Assembly: GCA_963666315.2 (NCBI GenBank)
Contig: CAXXHG010000002.1
Location: 1-19,312 of the forward strand
DNA from: Candidatus Binatia bacterium
Lineage (GTDB): Bacteria; Desulfobacterota; Binatia; Bin18
Direction: 5' to 3'
Length of the DNA: 19,312 nucleotides
Below the pieces are notes generated by a model. That model ran no database searches, was not told where the DNA came from, and worked only from the letters and a program-made list of their open reading frames with translations. Positions 16,887 through 19,312 of this stretch are shown here, piece after piece (position 1 is the stretch's first letter; each line of letters begins with the position of its first letter). A program made the position numbers and the translations under genes.

Positions 16887-16977
16887 ACGACTCCCTCCTG
16901 ATGGATTAGTATACTTTTCTTGTATAGCGGAATGCGCCAATTGTCAAATGAAAAATCTCTGTAGTGAGGAGAACGCA

Positions 16978-17208
16978 ATGAATGATGAACACGTAATAAG
17001 AGTACTCGATCTGCTGAAAGTCTGGTTTCCTAGCACTAGAAACATATCGGACAATGATAGGAAGAAAGCAGCGATTCTCACAGGAACGCTTGAGGAAACC
17101 GCTTTTAGGAAGATAATCGAACGTGCTTGGGAGGGAGACGTTGGGGCTATCCGCTACCTAGAAGAGAAAGGCTTTATTCACTTACCAGACGCGACGGTGA
17201 CACAGTAG
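16978..17208 (+). CDS. Small hypothetical protein (76 aa)
   Basis: ATG 16978 preceded by GAGGAG; no recognised motif. Confidence 0.55.
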   Translation: MNDEHVIRVLDLLKVWFPSTRNISDNDRKKAAILTGTLEETAFRKIIERAWEGDVGAIRYLEEKGFIHLPDATVTQ

Positions 17209-17328
17209 CGTGGTGCTATTGGTTGGATTAAGTATATTATTTCCGATAAAAACCTTCAATCCTCGCCTTTTTATATCCACTAAAAGCAAATCTGGCACTT
17301 TGTCGTTGTGTCAAACAAGGTGAGTAGG

Positions 17329-17360
17329 TCCCTTTGTAAAGGGGGGACTGAAGGGGATTT
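17329..17360 (-). repeat. Palindromic intergenic repeat, right copy (inverted relative to 15096-15136)
   Basis: Reverse complement reads aaatccccttcagtcccccctttacaaaggga. Confidence 0.65.
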
Positions 17361-17415
17361 CCCAAGCGGCGTGTTGCACGGTGTGGGATTATGCGTCCGG
17401 CGGAGCGTAAGCCGA

Positions 17416-18390
17416 CTACAGGTCGCGCACGCTTGGCAGCACCTCTTCCGCAAAGCGCTGCATCGCCACCTTCACGTGCTCGTAGAGAACGGTTCCGCCG
17501 GGGTTGAAGGAACAGATCAGGGAATCCAATCTGGCCCGTTGCTGCACCTCTGCAATCCGGTCTATGCACTCCTGCGGGTTGCCGAATATGGCCATGTTCT
17601 CTTGCGCAGTCTCATATGTGGTGCGCTGGCCTATCGGGTGACGGGCAAAGCTGTCGGCCATCTGCCTGCGCACCGCGGCACGATTCTGAGCCGTGAAAAC
17701 AAAAAATACGGCCGATACCTGCGCATTCCCCGCGGTCCGTTTGGCCGCTGAATCACGGTACAGCCCGAGATGGGTCAGAAAATCGTCCGGCCAGGGATGA
17801 ATAGGCGCGGCCATTAACAGGCGTAAGCCGCGCCGCCCGGCAAACTCGGCCGTGTCCGGACTATTGGCCGCGATATGCAGCGGTGGGCCGGGCTGCTGAA
17901 GCGGCTTGGGAACGACGTTGACGGACTCGAACTGATAGTGCCGGCCGTGGTAGGTGAGCGGGGCATCGGCCCAGGCCTGTTCCAGGATATCAACCGCTTC
18001 TTCCAGTCGGGTGGTGCGTTCTTCCCACGGAATACCAAAACCGTCGAAATTGTGATTCCACGTCCCCCGCCCGATGCCGAAGTCCAGCCTGCCGCCGCTG
18101 ACAATATCAACCGTTGCGGCCTGCTCCGCCACGCTGACCGGATTGTGCAGCGGGAGTTGGCTGACGCCAATACCCAGGCGGATACGCTCGGTGCGCCCCG
18201 ACAGCGCCGCGGCGACAACCAGCGGGGCCGGCATGGTGGAAAAACCGGCGTCAAAATGGGCCTCCGCCAGCCACGCTGAGTCAAAACCCAACCGGTCCGC
18301 GTAGACAATCTGCTCGAAAGTCTCCTGATAGCGTTTCGGAACAGACTGCCCCGGAGCGCAGGGTAACTGATAAAAGACGCCGAACTGCAT
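17416..18390 (-). CDS. LLM-class flavin-dependent oxidoreductase
   Basis: AWLAEAHF, VAEQAATVDIVSGGRLDFGIGRG, PKPLQQPGPP, RFAEEVLP. Confidence 0.92.
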   Translation of the reverse strand: MQFGVFYQLPCAPGQSVPKRYQETFEQIVYADRLGFDSAWLAEAHFDAGFSTMPAPLVVAAALSGRTERIRLGIGVSQLPLHNPVSVAEQAATVDIVSGGRLDFGIGRGTWNHNFDGFGIPWEERTTRLEEAVDILEQAWADAPLTYHGRHYQFESVNVVPKPLQQPGPPLHIAANSPDTAEFAGRRGLRLLMAAPIHPWPDDFLTHLGLYRDSAAKRTAGNAQVSAVFFVFTAQNRAAVRRQMADSFARHPIGQRTTYETAQENMAIFGNPQECIDRIAEVQQRARLDSLICSFNPGGTVLYEHVKVAMQRFAEEVLPSVRDL

Positions 18391-18435
18391 GAGTGCGTGT
18401 ACTTCCTTTGAATGATGTCTTGGTCGTCCGAAGGT

Positions 18436-18870
18436 CTAATCTAGCTGTCCAATCTGGCGGAGGACAGTGGCTTGATCCCAATAAATGCGCTCAGCCGACA
18501 TTTTGCCGGCACGGAATTGCACGATCAGGACAATGTCAAACTCGATAGGCTTATTGGTCGGTAGAATGCCGGGCAGAAACCAATCCATCTGCTGAGTATG
18601 GATGAGCTGGATGTGGGCCTCTTCGACAATATAGTCATCCGTGACGACTTGATTGGTTGTGGTGTGGGTCCACGAGGGCGGGATCGAGGGAATAAACTCG
18701 TCTCGGTAGAGTGGCCTCAGCTCAGTCTTGCCTTTGCCACCCCAGCCGGTTGGCACGGTCAGGACCGAAGCGTCCTCTCCCATTGTGGACAGCGACAGGT
18801 CCTCGTCTTTGACCATGAATTCGCCCCGAATATGGTCATTCCAGAGTCTCAGATTCTCTTGCGCCGACAT
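18436..18870 (-). CDS. SnoaL-like / NTF2-fold (ester cyclase family) protein
   Basis: HTQQMDWFLPGILPTNK, AERIYWDQATVLRQIG; RBS GAGGAGG. Confidence 0.82.
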   Translation of the reverse strand: MSAQENLRLWNDHIRGEFMVKDEDLSLSTMGEDASVLTVPTGWGGKGKTELRPLYRDEFIPSIPPSWTHTTTNQVVTDDYIVEEAHIQLIHTQQMDWFLPGILPTNKPIEFDIVLIVQFRAGKMSAERIYWDQATVLRQIGQLD

Positions 18871-18885
18871 GCCGCCCTCCTCGTT

Positions 18886-19312
18886 CTACCGAATACCGTA
18901 CTTCCCCGGTGAGAGAATACCATTGGGGTCCAAGGCTTTTTTGAGGTCCGAGCACACCTGCGGAAAGGTTTCGAGCCGTTGCATGGCTTCCGCCTGAAAA
19001 TCGAGCGGGGCGCGTGAAACCGGATAGCCCGCCTCCGTATACGCCGTCAGCAGTTCTCGGTAACAGCGACTCATACGTTGGCATTCCTCAGGGTCTTGGC
19101 GATTAAAGATAATGATATGCAAGGCCCGGCTCAGGCGTGGTCCACATACGTATTCGGTGATGTACTCGAAGCCATGCTTGTGCAGAATACGGCGGGACAA
19201 GGCTTGGTGTTCGTTGGCGATACTCCCAATCATAGGCATAGCCGGAAGAAACCAACACGCCCCCCCGCCCGGCCGCCAGTTGAGCAGTCCGAGTTCCTCT
19301 CGCGTGGGATGG
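18886..19312 (-). CDS. VAO/p-cresol methylhydroxylase (PchF)-family FAD oxidoreductase, C-terminal part (begins beyond the window)
   Basis: Frame is open to the window edge: HPTREELGLLNWRPGGGACWFLP...HKHGFEYITEY...ALDPNGILSPGKYGI, matching the PchF C-terminus pattern. Confidence 0.85.
   Translation of the reverse strand, partial: HPTREELGLLNWRPGGGACWFLPAMPMIGSIANEHQALSRRILHKHGFEYITEYVCGPRLSRALHIIIFNRQDPEECQRMSRCYRELLTAYTEAGYPVSRAPLDFQAEAMQRLETFPQVCSDLKKALDPNGILSPGKYGIR

Noticed and set aside
16763-16978. 71-aa minus-strand ORF
   Set aside because: No evident RBS and it overlaps the DUF4760-like gene; the 11-codon ORF in another frame has the strong RBS.
1-19312. CRISPR array, tRNA/rRNA, transposase or integrase
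   Set aside because: No regularly spaced repeats, structural RNA signatures or recombinase motifs were seen.

Overview
A GC-rich (about 60% by eye) bacterial region dominated by aromatic and xenobiotic catabolic genes. It carries a PimC/PimD-like acyl-CoA dehydrogenase pair, an FAD monooxygenase, three luciferase-like (LLM) monooxygenases, a two-subunit hydroquinone 1,2-dioxygenase (HapC/HapD type), a NahC-like extradiol dioxygenase, an amidohydrolase-fold decarboxylase, an alpha/beta hydrolase, a GFA protein, a SnoaL-like protein and a partial VAO/PchF-type flavoprotein. Three accessory modules are interspersed. (i) A 70-aa protein plus retropepsin-like aspartic protease, translationally coupled to a MetE-like gene. 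(ii) Two paralogous secreted proteins with a Cys-rich tail that bracket a third secreted protein and a DUF1778/GNAT toxin-antitoxin pair. (iii) A lower-GC island (about 15.15-17.3 kb) bounded by inward-facing copies of a short palindromic repeat. The island encodes an AbiJ-like protein, a membrane-anchored DUF4760-like protein, a small hypothetical protein and an unannotated 11-codon micro-ORF (MCYYEGDDAAF) with its own RBS and TTGACA box, convergent on the DUF4760-like gene. Two adjacent genes each carry a single +1 frameshift. All family assignments are from motif recognition and recall, not database searches.
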